64,000 bases of DNA, taken from contig OZ024740.1 of assembly GCA_964016885.1 (NCBI GenBank), positions 121,954,001 to 122,018,000 on the forward strand, given 5' to 3'. Each line of letters opens with the position of its first letter. Within the stretch, counting starts at the first letter, position 1. The notes under the pieces are model-generated. The model saw only the letters and a program-made list of their open reading frames with translations, had not been told where the DNA came from and ran no database searches. This document shows, in pieces, positions 1 to 13,545 of the stretch. This stretch comes from Eledone cirrhosa (Eukaryota). The position numbers and the translations under genes are program-made.

Positions 1-1294
1 CTCATGTATTCATTTATTAAAGGGTTAATTAAATAGAAATTAGCCTTTCGCGATATAAACTAACTAATAAGGTTTTCGTACTTAGTAAGCAAACTATTTG
101 TTTCAAATCCTCAGTGTATCACTGCCACTTATCAGGAACCATCATGAGTATATCTACGCTTTCACTTGATCTAAGGGAGGAAATAATTTTAGCTCGTTCA
201 TATACACATGGCCCAGCAGGTGGTGGATATTAAATTGTTGGATGCGTCGCCAGAATTGAATATCTGATGGATGCTAGCATTCGTCCAATTAGGGAAATTA
301 CAGTCCTCAACTCTTTGATAGTGTACGATTGTTTGGCTGTTATGATTTGACCAAAACAGATCTGATCAGAAATGTGCGTATGCTCTTTCATTTCTGGTGA
401 GAGACATTTACAATGTCAGAATGTCCATCATCTCTAAACAGAGAAACAACATACACTAAGCGCCACGGGATGATGTGACCTCTGAGGTGCAGGAAAATGC
501 GTTAGCGGACATGCCTGCAGAGATTCTTGAACAGGCACTTAATAAAGAGAATGATATCAATTGCACGTCAGTGCATTTGATAAAAGATAGGTAAGAATGG
601 AGGGTATGGTCTAAGTTGATGTATTTATATAAAACATGTACTGGTAGGGTGGATATTACAACAAAGAGAGCACTCTTATTTTTGGTAGCAAGGTAATCCG
701 TAATCTTTAGGCTTCCCAGATTTGAATCAAGTAATCGTTATACTGAGACACATTTTCCTTTCATCACTTTCTCTTCATTATTATAACTGTTTTCTTCTAC
801 TTGATGTATTACTTTTCCATCATTTTTGTATTGTCTCCTTGTAATGGATCTGCATCCATTCCCGTATGTCAACTTTGCCTTTCATTCTGCAATGGCGCAA
901 AAAAACATATCGGCTTGTATATGTCTAACATATATCCCTGCTGTTGTAGTTGTGTTTAGTTCTTTATCGATAGACATATGATCACCTAATTTTGTATATA
1001 CTGGCGTACAGTATGCCTCCGACGTATATGTCCTCTCTTACGTCGGTATTGATGTTATTGAACAATAAATCATCACGAAGAAAGCACTCTTAAACAGTGT
1101 TTGCATTTTAGTAAAACTTGTGCATATGTTTAACCTACAGTTGAACGAAGATTGCCTAATTATATTGAAAGCAATGTTCAACAATGTTACATAGAGATAA
1201 TAAAGAATGACACCTTATCGTACGGAAAACTTCAAGATACATTCGTCACAAAATTATCTTTTGCATTCCTATCTTCATTAATTTAATTATTATT

Positions 1295-1482
1295 ATAGGG
1301 CGGTGAATTGGCAGTATCGGTAGAGGGTTGGACGCCATACTTTCTAGCATAGTTACGTCCCTTTACAGTCTGAGTTCAAATCCCGCCGAGGTAACTTTGC
1401 CTTTCATCCTTACGGGGTCGATAAAATAAAGTACCAGTAATGTACTGGATAATTGTTGGCCTTGTGCCCAAAGTAGAAACAA
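1295..1482 (+). mobile_element. tRNA-derived SINE (~185 bp)
   Basis: A-box-like GGCAGTATCGGTAG and B-box GAGTTCAAATCCC, body AACTTTGCCTTTCATCCTTACGGGGTCGATAAAATAAAGTACCAGT; TSD TAATTTAATTATTATT at 1279-1294 and 1483-1498; about 8 copies in the window. Confidence 0.9.
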
Positions 1483-1498
1483 TAATTTAATTATTATT

Positions 1499-1683
1499 GG
1501 TGGATTGGCAGTGTCGGTAGAGAGTCGGACGCCATGCTTTGCAGAGAAGAGTTACGGTCCTTTATGGTTTGAGTTCAAATCCCGCCGAGTTTAACTTTGC
1601 CTTCCATCCTTATGGGGTCGATAAAATAAAGTACCAGTAATACACTGGGTTAAATGCTGGCCTTGTGCCCAAAGTAGAAACAC
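1499..1683 (+). mobile_element. tRNA-derived SINE, second adjacent copy
   Basis: Same consensus immediately downstream of the first copy. Confidence 0.9.
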
Positions 1684-1818
1684 TTATTTTAGTTCATGTA
1701 AAATATATATGGTCGACAACATTGTATAATAGCAAATGTGAAAATAGTTACTAAACCAACGTATCAATAAGGATACATGGGTTTAAATTTTAAATTGTCT
1801 TACACTTCCACAGGTTAT

Positions 1819-2115
1819 GATACACACACACACACACGCGCACACACAAGCGCACACACACACGTACCCACGCACACACGCACACACGCACATACACACC
1901 CACACATACACACACACGAACACACACGCACACATACACACGCGCACACACACATACACAAACATACACACACACGCACACACGCACACACACACACACA
2001 CACGCACACACGCACGCACACACACGCACACACACGCACACATACACACACATACACATACACACACACGCACGTACCCCCCCCCTATATATATATATAC
2101 ACATATATATATATC
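1819..2115. repeat. Imperfect (CA)n/(TA)n microsatellite
   Basis: Directly visible dinucleotide repeats. Confidence 0.95.
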
Positions 2116-3215
2116 ATTACTAATTTTTGCGTGAGACAAGTTTGAATGTCTAATTCTCTCTGAATTTAATTACTTCTGTCTTATCTCCTAAGCGAGATAC
2201 ATATAATTTAAGTCCTAGTGGTTTTCCGTAACATTTTACAAAATTAAAATGCGAAATCATCATGCTCGTGATAATTAGGGCTAACATAATATCATGGGTT
2301 TGATTTTTGAAAAGACTTTTGCGCAAGGGGCTTTATTTCATCTCGTTTTTAATGTAACCCTATCATTAATACAAGCGTAAAATCTATCATGGAATGCAAT
2401 TCATTAGAAGACCAGTTATAGTGTTAGCTGTAAATTATACGGTAGTAAAGATGTATATGGCCTAGTAACATCATGAAAGAAATTGCTAAGATGCTGGTTG
2501 TGTATTTCATTATTTCATAAACTAATTTATTTGAATACATTTTTTAAAACATTGCAATGTGCTTAAATGAAAAATAATTATTTTATAGAGTAAAAATGTC
2601 GATTTTAATTATTTCTCAAAATGCGAGCGACAATTTCATGTCATTGATACAGCCCTCACTTGTTCAAACCTAAATTTTACAAAATTTGTCGTTTCTGTTT
2701 GGTCTTTTATCAAATGAGCCAATATCCCGTTAGTCATGTATTGTGTTCATAAATGTATGTTTCTGTCAACTACTTTTGTTCGTTGACTTTAGTACACGGT
2801 TGCTTCATAGACTATTAAGAGCAGCGTATTCAACTGGCTATACATATTTCCTTAGTGGTATGTGGTGTGATAATATCAAATAACTTTGTGATGTAAATCA
2901 AGTAGTTCATAAATAGGAAATAATAGATTATATGATGATTAATATCACCGAAATTTCTAAGCAATCTTTCAAAGTAAACAAACTAATCCTTTCTATACAA
3001 AATTAAATCGATTAGTCGTAGTTTTCATAAATCGGATAGGCATTGGGTTGGGATATAAAAGCTGTCTCTAATTTGGTGCAGTCTATAAAACATAATCGAA
3101 CCATTAATTATTATAAAATTATATAATTCTGAAAAGCCTACTTAATTAAAATACTCTATCGAATAACTTGCGGCTAATAACCCTCAAAAGAAAAATCGAA
3201 TCAGGAGATAGCATT

Positions 3216-3304
3216 ACACATACATACATACATATATACATACACACAGACAGACATGCACATCCACACACACACGCGCGCGCGCACACACACACACACA
3301 GACA

Positions 3305-3395
<91 letters not shown>

Positions 3396-3400
3396 GTATA
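3216..3400. repeat. (CA)n microsatellite
   Basis: Directly visible. Confidence 0.95.
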
Positions 3401-3859
3401 TAACTGAAATGAAATCGCATTTCAAGACATAAAACAGTAGCCTTAAGCAAATTAAGTTCATGCAAACAACCCATAATAAAATCCGTATAAATAATGAAAG
3501 ATGATTTCAATTGAGCAAATTGGAAGGCAACAATACCGTTAATTATTTACAACAGATATATACAAAACATCTGCTCTTCACCTCAATAAAGCATTCAGTG
3601 AAGGATGACTACCTAGTCTCCTCACTAAAATTATCTTTGTATAGCAACCACTTAAATATTCCTACTGGCTAGTTAGCAGAGCTCTTCTTAACTCTGTCCG
3701 TTAAGTACTGCGTCGTGATATCATTGTCTGGTATTTGCGACACTTGGTCAAAAAGGTAGAAAACTACTAAAGCTATTACAAAAGCAATAATCACAACAAC
3801 TACTACTACTGCTACTACTAATGATACTACTAGTACTACTGCTAATAATAAGGCTGTCT

Positions 3860-4040
3860 AATATTGGCACAAGCCAAACAATTTGGGGGAGGGGAGGGTA
3901 GATTAAATCGATCTCAATGAATTACTGGTGCTTTATTTTATCGACTGCGTAAGGATGAAAGGCAAATCTAACCTCGGCAGGATTTGAACTCAGAACGTAA
4001 AGGGTAATAACTCAATGATGCAAAGCACGATGTCTGACGC
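3860..4040 (-). mobile_element. Older SINE copy
   Basis: AAGGATGAAAGGCAAATCTAACCTCGGCAGGATTTGAACTCAG is the reverse complement of the SINE core. Confidence 0.8.
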
Positions 4041-4671
4041 TGTACCGATACTGCTAATCCAACAAAGAAAAGGCATAAAAATACACATGGAATCAATCAA
4101 GTTAATTAGGATCACATTCAATCAACATTCAATCAATACTCACTTTTTCGTGGTAAATAAACATGAACATTCTCAAAACACTCTTCACGCCAACAGGTTT
4201 TCCGTGTTTATTGTCAATCTGAGTGAGTCAATCCAAATTTCATGTGAGATAATATGCAATATAAAAAAAGACTACATTTATTTTTATTTTTCAGCTAGAA
4301 TGTTCACCTTGTTGATATTATTCCATAACTTGTATTTAACACAGTATTAATGACAAATTAAGCGTTTAGTTCAATGTTTCGTGTATGCCTGTATGTCAAG
4401 CATTCCTATTCTTTGAACAACGGAGACTTTGTTCAAGAAGTGAATGGGTAACTTGTTAGACAAATTGCAGTCACGTGTAACGTTCATTTGGTATTCAGGA
4501 AGATTCAGTGCGGCACAAGTGTGACAAGACTGGCCGTTTCAATTATATATATATTCAAACGGCCTGTCAGTATACATTTGAAATCAGGAACATAGGAATA
4601 ATTACAAAAACATTACTCAAATAGACAATCATACGACTATATTGTTCCTTTTGAAATATATAACAAATAAT

Positions 4672-4860
4672 TGTTTCTACTTTAGGAACAAGGCCAGCAA
4701 TTACTCAGTGCATTACTGGTAATTTATTTTATCGACCCCGTAAGGATGAAAGGCAAAGTTAACCTCGACGGGATTTGAACTCAGACCGTAAAGGGACTTA
4801 ACTATGCTGGAAATCATGGTGTCCGACCCTCCACCGATACTGCCAATCCACCGCCCTTAT
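4672..4860 (-). mobile_element. tRNA-derived SINE
   Basis: Full reverse-complement copy; 17-bp TSD AATATATAACAAATAAT at 4655-4671 and 4861-4877. Confidence 0.92.
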
Positions 4861-5852
4861 AATATATAACAAATAATAGGACTATACTATCCTTTCCTTT
4901 CCTAAAGCGAATGCCAGATAGAATATTTCGCAATATTCATTCTGGTTGTTTGTGTTTTGAATTCAAATTTCTTTGAAATCAATTTTGAGGTCGAGAAATC
5001 GATTATCGATCCAGTAATAATATCAACTCAATCTCTTTTTCATTTCCTCTCCTATTCTCTTGAAGAATTAACCTGTGATCCTACAACTCGGTGAAGAATT
5101 AACGGCCCAAATGTCGGGATAATGCCTAATCATAGGAAAGCGTGTCCAATTTGTAACAGAAATTGAAATAACAAAGATGGAATGATATAGACATAGTCCT
5201 GGTCTAGCACTTACGAATTTATTTCAAGCTAGTGAATAAAGATGAAGTTCGCTCTCTACCTCAGAGAAATGTACTACGACAGCAAATGTAAGAATGTAAG
5301 GTCTAGAATGCTTTTGATCATAGATTTGTTCGACCAAAATAGACTTGCTTTTAAACAACAACTCAAAGCAATATTCACGATTTTCATCTATTTTGGGGAT
5401 ACAATTGAGAGAAATAATATTTTTAAAAGTGCTTAAATGCATGGTTAATATTTTTTGTTGAATGTTGCCGAAATTACGCTATACAAAACATTTTAACGTA
5501 TATTCTTTATCTATGTGAAATAGCAATATTAGGTCGGTATACTCTTACGTAAGAAATGGGATGATCTACTTATTCTTGTTTAGCGCCGTTGAGTCTCTTT
5601 ATTGGATATTGATATAAAAGATTTGTTTCTATTTACTTACTATGGATTCAAATAATTCTTCGATTTCATTCGTGTAATCAATTTCTAAGTAATTGAAATA
5701 GCAAATATAAAATACCATGTGGTCATATGGCAATGGCACCCATCACTAATAGTAATGAAAACTATATATATACGTATATCCACTGTATGTATGCATGAAA
5801 TTGATGTCTGTATGTAATATATATATATATATATATGTGGGCGTGTGTATGC

Positions 5853-5883
<31 letters not shown>

Positions 5884-6039
5884 TGTGTGTGAGTGTGTGT
5901 GTGTGCATGTGGTTGGCGACTGAGATAAATGAGTCCTGAATACCGAAATTTAATTTTAATATTCATTTATACAGAGGCTAAAATGTAACTCTTTTACTCT
6001 GGAGTTTCGCCTGTTTACCCAGGGTCATCATCATTGTCT

Positions 6040-6430
6040 TATGATAAGTAACAGGAGGCGAGAATTTAAAAATCCTATGGGATTTCCCAATGAACACTGA
6101 CCGAGCGCGAAGGCCAGCAGAACTGATAAAATTGAGAAGGACCATGAAGAGAAAACATGTCTTAATCGATATGAGCATTTTACCAGCTCGTTACATCTCT
6201 TCGACAGTGTTGGGAAAGCTCAGTATGTATAAATAGCTATCAAGTGAAATGGAGAAAATGTGGCATCATAATACCTGCACATTACTACTGATATTCGGTG
6301 CACTCGGAATAATAAAAAGGGTACTGAAAGATATTTGTGCAAGATAAATGGTAAGAAACCTCCGTAAGATATATAGGAAATAGTGCTGTCTGGCACTCAT
6401 CCTTCTCTGCGAACGATATTTTCAATTGAA
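6040..6430 (+). pseudogene. Decayed 3' end of an R4/Dong-like non-LTR retrotransposon (restriction-like endonuclease)
   Basis: Manual translation across frameshifts gives KILWDFPMNTDR, LIDMSI, EMEKMW, IFGALGII and IVLSGTHPSLR, motifs typical of RLE-LINE C-termini. Confidence 0.7.
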
Positions 6431-6569
6431 CAACATTGTTAATACATTTACTGTTGTGTGTGCCCGTGTTACATCATTTGTATGCCAACATTATATTGAC
6501 CTCTGACACCAATTGTACTTATGCAATATATATATATATACATGGATAAATATTGCCTAAAGGAAGTGT

Positions 6570-7000
6570 TCATCTAGAATGTGTCGCCATTCACTGCTTT
6601 CCATGTCAGGTGATTATTACCAATACGTGTATTGATGTCTCCCATTACTTTACATGACTCATTCTTAAATACATCAAACGCTTTTCTGACATCACCAAGT
6701 AAGGAAATGTATTCAGAGTCTGTTTGACGCATAAAATTGCACCATCCACTAAGACCGTTCTTTCACCCTAAGCTTTAAGACGCAATTCCTCCGTCCCAAT
6801 GGATCTATTCCATAGAACATTCCGACAGCCGGAGTATCTCCATTCCCACCTGAGTGTTTCATTTTAGCACCACACAATCTCAATCCTCTTCTACAGTGTA
6901 GGAGCCATGGAAATTTGATGATGAAACCCGGACTATACATAGTAGAACTCTATCTGTCCTCCACCAAGTTCCTACTACTTACCTCTAAGTGTTGTAATAT
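6570..7000 (-). pseudogene. Decayed APE endonuclease fragment of a LINE
   Basis: Minus strand reads AVGM...VLKLRV...VQFYAS...VMGDINTRIGN, resembling the APE motif GDFNARIG. Confidence 0.6.
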
Positions 7001-7867
7001 GGAAGTTACCAATTCTTAAGATTGGCTCTCTTCTTAACCTCGTTCCGTAATACGTTTCTTTGTGCGTTCATCCCTACGTGTGTACATAAATATACACATT
7101 AAGCATATGTAAACGTGTCAAATGTTAGGTTTTTCTTTGAAAATTGAAAACAATAATAAATACCTTTAATAAATTTTAGAAATGTGTTTGGTACTCATTA
7201 AAGTTATTTATTATTATCTGATTTTTATATTGCAGTTACCTAGCTTCATCTTGATATTTATCAAAATTAATAATGTCTCTTCAGGTTTGTAATAGTAATG
7301 CTAATTTTCTGAGTAACATCATATTTACGCCATTACATAACTATTGGAGCATAACGAATTAAGTAAGTAATTTTCATTAAATATTAAATAAGAATCCTTT
7401 AAATAAAACTTTTAAATTGGTGACATGAAAAATAATTTAAATGTTGGCATACTTTTAAATTGTTACACGGTGGGAAAGCGAATGATTTAACTAAATAAAG
7501 ACAAAAATCCAGAAAAGTTGAAATATAGTAATAGGAATGAGGCTTCTCTAAGTGATCTAATAGAAATCTTAGTTAAGTTTTCAAGGCAGAAACATACCAA
7601 AATATTATAAATATGATTGCATCGATATAGATTGTGCCGACATTGTGAAAGAGCAATTATATAATTTTATAATTATTTTATAACGAGCTTAGACGGAATT
7701 TGTTTTGTGAACATCATTATTCTTGTAGAAATTATTAAAAGATATGATTTAAAAACGCACATTTACCGTAGAACAATGAGACTCCCTGTTATTTATATGC
7801 ATAATCTACAATGTATTAGGATTTGCATGTGCATATGTGATTACATCATGTGCACATAAAATTTTAA

Positions 7868-7931
7868 ATTATATATATACACACACACACATATATATAT
7901 GTGTGTGTGCGTATGTATGTATATTTTTGTG

Positions 7932-7969
<38 letters not shown>

Positions 7970-7977
7970 TGTATATA

Positions 7978-8022
<45 letters not shown>

Positions 8023-8030
8023 TGTATATA

Positions 8031-8127
<97 letters not shown>

Positions 8128-8150
8128 TGTATGTGTGTGTGTGTATATAA
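7868..8150. repeat. (TA)n/(TG)n compound microsatellite
   Basis: Directly visible. Confidence 0.95.
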
Positions 8151-9614
8151 ACCTGTATATGATTTTGTATCTTTGTTGTGTCTTTATATGTGATAATATA
8201 ACATTGTATTTAAATACATTTATCATTGACTTAAATATTTGTGTGCCCCCAGTTATATGAGAAAAATACAAATAATTGTATAATTATGTCTGCGCCAATA
8301 TATTCTTGACTATATTCATGTTTAACTTCAATTATACATTCATATTGATATGTATACGTAAATACTTGCATGCGTAATATATACATACCTATATGCATAT
8401 ATACAAATGCACAGAACTATATAATCACACACAAACAGTAGAATACATACATAATATAACCATTCATACACACGTATGTATATTTATATACATACGTACT
8501 TATAATTACATATATAATTACATATATGATAACAAAAACATACGTACATACATAAATGCATACATATATACATAAATACACACATATACATACATATATA
8601 CATATAGTTATTCATATACATGTATTTCAATTGAAGGTTGTGTACATATTCGCATATTAAAATTAGAAAATTCAGCAAACATATTTATAAATGACACAGC
8701 AACAAACACATGTACGTATCACGTCTTTGTGAAATAACTTCAAGATGCATAATTTCATGGGCGTGTGCTATACTATATTTAAATTTTTCCTCTTGTTGAC
8801 GTCTTTCCGTTTTTGTTTGTTTGTTTCTTTTACATAGGAAGCTAATGAACTGAGTAAGCTAATGAACTCTCGAAGTACGAGATGAAAAGTTCCATATGAA
8901 TTCTAATTTGAAAATACTGGTTGTTTACAAAGAATTGCTGTCTTCGAAATTCCTCCTCTGTGCTTTGTTTAGATTAGATTTGACTAGCATGTAATATAAC
9001 AATTCTATTATTTATATGCATTAATCATGATAATCGAATAAGTACAATTACGTTTTTTTTTTATAAAAACATGTTTCCAAGTTATGAGCATGATAATAAT
9101 CATCAAATATTTGATAGAGAAAACCGAGCAGACATTTAAAAGGTAACTTCCGTTTAAAATTATTTATTTTTTCCTAAACATATTAATTATCATTCATGAT
9201 TAAAAGTTTTGGTTTTAGTGGATTGATATTTTGTGCTGGTGTTGTCGTTCTGAGTTCCTTGTCTTTCCTGAGCGAGTAGAGCTTTATTCAAACGATTTAA
9301 AGCCGTTATCATCTAATAGTTTTTTAACAAAGTATATAACGAACTAGATTTTAATTTTCGTCCATTCTTTCTTCATCAGTTGGAGTTTGTATGGTTTGAG
9401 ACGTTAATAATTAGAGTAGTTCCAGTGACCAAGTTGAGTTGCTGTCACTTTTTCCGTTTGTATTGCGTATTTAGAGGATGAAGACAAATGAATCCAGGGA
9501 GCTGGAATAGATCGCCTCATTTGACTTTGAAACCGTTTTAATACTTAGACATCTAAACTATAGTAAAGGGAGGAACGCGGCATTGCGTACGGTTTATAAT
9601 TTGTTATCCCATTA

Positions 9615-10643
9615 GTAAAATAAGTTGGATTACTTTGAATAAATAATTGTTTCTACTTTTGGCACAAGGCCAGCAATTACCCAGTGCATTACTGGTACTT
9701 TATTTTATCGAACCCGTAAGGATGAAAGGCAAAGTCAACCTCGGCGGGATTTGAACTCAGAATGGCAAGGGCCGTAACTCTATGCGTCGAAGCATGGTGT
9801 CCGACCTACTACCGATACTGCCAATCCACCGCCCTCTTTGAATAAATAATGATTAAATAATGAATAAATAATAAATAATGAATGAATATTACATAATCTA
9901 TGTACTAAATTTCGTGATTGTTGATTAAATATATTTTGTATATTTAAAGATTCACTTCTTTAAAATTTCTGAAATGTCAACACTTCCGGTTGGTCATCGC
10001 TTAAATCAACATACTAATTTTATGTCACTAATTTTCTCCTAGTGCAGTTTACATATAATATCGTCTTTTTTAATGTATCATGGACTACGTTACTGATTAC
10101 ATAAGACAGTGTAACACAGTCTACGTTCAATTTCTGTGTGTATTGTCAATTTAATTTTATTTGATCATATCTACATGCGTATATACTTGCATATAATATC
10201 AATATACACACTACACATACTATCAGAAAAACCTGGTGGTTTTCTGCTAGTCTTAACTATAATAAAGAAAGGCGTGCGGGACTGCGTCCAGAATATATTT
10301 TTTTACCCTGTTTGTAAAATAAGTTGGATTATTTTGAATAAATAATGAATGAATATTACATAATTTATGTGCTAAATTTCGTGGCTGTTGATTAAATATA
10401 TGTTATAGCTTATTTAAAGATTCACTTCTTTAACATTTTCAAATGTCATATCCATGCTATATTAGGACCTTATAAAAATATCGCATATATTTCTGTCACT
10501 AATTTCCTCCTAATGAGGTTTATATATAATACCGTCTTTTTTTAATATAGCATGGATTACCTTACTGATTACATAAGAGAGTATATTTGTGTATAATATC
10601 AATGCTAGCAGAAAACCACCCGATGGGTGGTTTTTCTGCTAGT
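9615..10643. repeat. Diverged local direct duplication (~9615-10252 vs ~10314-10643)
   Basis: GTAAAATAAGTTGGATTA...TATTTAAAGATTCACTTCTTTAA...TTACTGATTACATAAGA...GGTTTTCTGCTAGT occurs twice; only copy 1 carries the SINE. Confidence 0.8.
9648..9835 (-). mobile_element. tRNA-derived SINE
   Basis: Reverse-complement copy; 15-bp TSD CTTTGAATAAATAAT at 9633-9647 and 9836-9850. Confidence 0.92.
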
Positions 10644-10924
10644 TGAATTTAATGTTCAATGAAGAAGGCATACCACATATACACACTCCACACACACACA
10701 CACGCATGCATACAAATACACACACGTGCGCGCACACACACAGAAAGACACACACATGCATGCATACAAATACACACACGTGTGCGCACACACACAGAAA
10801 CACACACACATATATAACGAAGATCTAGTTGTCAAAACGGCCGGAGCCCAGCCGTCGGGATCCTGACTCTTTTCCCATACGTATATGCGTATATATATAT
10901 ATATGCATATATATATATATAGTT

Positions 10925-12743
10925 GTTATATAGTAAGGTGCAATATTGGTTGTGTAAAATTAATAGAAGAGCACATTTTTTTTGCAACTGCCAACATAGA
11001 ACCTCGAAAACCTTCCGCGGGATTTTTGGAAGGTAACCTACCAATAACTCCTCCCTCTCTACTTTAGCCATAGTGTCCTCTCAATAAACGGACAGTCACA
11101 CACTTAGGTAGTTAGACGGCTAAGATTGTTTGCACACTTGCAAAGATACTCGGCATGTTTCCACGGAGTTCTCATAGCTGAGTGCTCTCTTTTAGAATAC
11201 CTAGCTAGTAAATAGTTAGATTGATTACACACTTAGTTAGGACCGATTACGCTCCCTATACATCGTTCTACACACAATACCCGCTTCCTTTAGACATTGA
11301 GCTCCAATATTTACGAATGTCACGTTCCTACAGACTGAACACTACACCAGGTTTTGATGCGTGACCATCTAACCATGGAGGACTCATTGTTACGGATTGA
11401 ACAATGATATTGACTCACAATTAATGGGCCTACACGCATTCACTGTCCTGTATTTTCTTACTTCACCTTCTATGCTGAATAACACACTTCCACCACTCAA
11501 ACAAATATCTTAAAAGCTCATTGGCCCATGTGGCGGGAGATCGCAGTTGCGGACTCAAATACCCTATACCCAACACTACATAGAGCCCTTTGCCGGCCCA
11601 CACTGCAGTTGCTTGCACGCACGGATTTGGTGATTCTGATTCTCAACTGGACAGCGTTACACAAGGAGTTCGACATGGGCTGATTGCTTGCTCTTCACAT
11701 GGATGTGTATATACCCGGACATCCCCCCACCCATTTTTGGACGATTCGGCTGTGTATACCTTTTACGATAATACACACATGAAGATATGGATGTTACAAT
11801 TGGATCTATACACGTATAGCAGAACATTGAACTGAACTTACTTGCGCGCACGCGCGTGTGCGTGTGTGTGTGTATGTGTGTAGCGTTGGTTAACCCAATA
11901 TTTCCAATCTACATCGTCAAATTGAGCTCTTCAAATGGATGCGTATATAACCAGAGCTCCCCTCCTCCCCCCAACATTTTTTGGCTGATTCGGATGTGTA
12001 TATACCATTTACCATAACACACACTTGAAGATATTGATGTTACAATTGGATCTATACACGTACAGCAGAACACTGAACTGAATTTACTTGCGCGCACGCG
12101 CTTGTGACTGTGTATATGTGTGTGTAGCGTTGGTTAACCTAATATTTCCGATTTACATCGTCAAATTGAGATTTGACCGACATAATTTCTGTTGCTTTGC
12201 GAACTAACTTTTCGGTGATTGCTGTGTTGGTACATTCTTATATGTGCTTTTTCTCGAATATCGCCTCGGTGTGTGTTGGAGTGTGTGTGTCCCACGCTAA
12301 TTCTGCGGGTTTAATACCGTGTTGATGTGTGTATATATATGTATTTATTTTTATGTTTATTTTTATTTTTATTTGACCTCGAGCCGATGTATGCGGGTGT
12401 GGAGTGTGTGTGTACCCACTCACTTCTAACTGTGACTGACTGCATCTCTACTGATTTGTTCGATGTCCAGCGTCTTTTGCAGTGATAGAAGTCTGAAAAC
12501 ATTTATGACCTCAATTTAAGCTAATAGCAGTCGCCTTTTCTCTGACTGACTGTATGAGGGAATGAATTATGTAAGGAAACATCGTTATTTTTTTCTCCCT
12601 CATATCAAGAATTTGAAGACAATTCATTATCACCTGATGTGATCAGTGATAATCGATCGTGGCTTCACAATCGATCTATCTATTATTGAAACATGTGTCG
12701 TGATTAAATGATTGGAATGTTACCTGCCTTCGGATTTTCATTT

Positions 12744-12750
<7 letters not shown>
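10925..12750 (+). mobile_element. Probable 3' UTR/pLTR remnant of a Penelope-like element
   Basis: Bounded by (TA)n, ends in an HHR-like motif at 12629-12704, internal ~240-bp tandem duplication (11690-11925 and 11926-12169); no ORF. Confidence 0.45.
12629..12704 (+). ncRNA. Type I hammerhead-like motif (A9>U, probably decayed)
   Basis: ATCAC-CTGATGT-long stem II (GATAATCGATCGTG/CACAATCGATCTATC)-GAAA-CATGTG-TC-GTGAT. Confidence 0.65.
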
Positions 12751-12773
<23 letters not shown>

Positions 12774-12779
<6 letters not shown>

Positions 12780-13420
12780 TTCAGCAAGCGTTCCTTAAAT
12801 ATATATATTTAAGGAACGCTTCCTGAACCATCAGTTGACCTTTAGGTACCCGGAATAACGATCACCCAGGAAAATCGTGAGCCACGTTTGGTCTCTCAAG
12901 AACTCAGGTATAGACTACTCCATTCAATGGAAAGCCATCCCTAAGTCCAACCTATACGCTAGGGGCAATCCGTCGTGTGGACTGTGTATTGAAGAAAAGA
13001 TAAATATGCTGAGGAGATTACGCAATAGCGATTGCCTAAAATCAAGCTATGAAATCTTCTTACGCTGTCCACATGTCTGGAAACACCTCTTGATTAATTA
13101 CAAAGCGCCGGTTGAATAACAGCAACATTCTAATTTTCTAATAAACTCGAACATATTATTCCGGACACTCGCAGTTATCTCCCTAACATCTTTCGCCCGT
13201 GGTTTTCCATCGCCTGGGTGATGTGACGTTTTTTGCGCATGCGCACTCATACGGTTGTTCTTCCTGGTCCGTATAACATTTACCAGTCCGACAGAAGATC
13301 CGCTCAAGGTGAAATAATTGTTCTCGGTATGGGGAATTAACTGTTGTGATTTCTTCTACCAAACTCGTCCCATGGACTGAGTGCTCTACCACTACGGATA
13401 TTAACGTCTATTGTTCTACT
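12774..13420 (+). mobile_element. 5'-truncated PLE family A (GIY-YIG C-terminus + pLTR)
   Basis: FKERFLNH...HVWSLKNSGIDYSIQWK...CGLCIEEK...CPH; palindromic 5' junction around TA at 12774-12832; decayed HHR at 13288-13327; homologous to 28058-28636 and 29240-29793. Confidence 0.85.
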
Positions 13421-13498
13421 TATATATGTTTCTATATATATATATATATATTAAGGAAAAAGAACAAAGGAACTGTTATGACATTATAACAAGTTTAT

Positions 13499-13545
13499 TG
13501 CCGAAAGCCGTTTCGTCCGACCATATTGTGGGACTTTTCAAGGCA
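13499..13545 (-). ncRNA. Type I hammerhead, U3-A8 core variant
   Basis: Minus strand TGCC-TTGAAAA-GTCC..GGAC-GAAA-CGGCTT-TC-GGCA. Confidence 0.7.

Noticed and set aside
1298-1390. tRNA gene suggested by A/B boxes
   Set aside because: It is the head of a multicopy SINE with TSDs; no full cloverleaf
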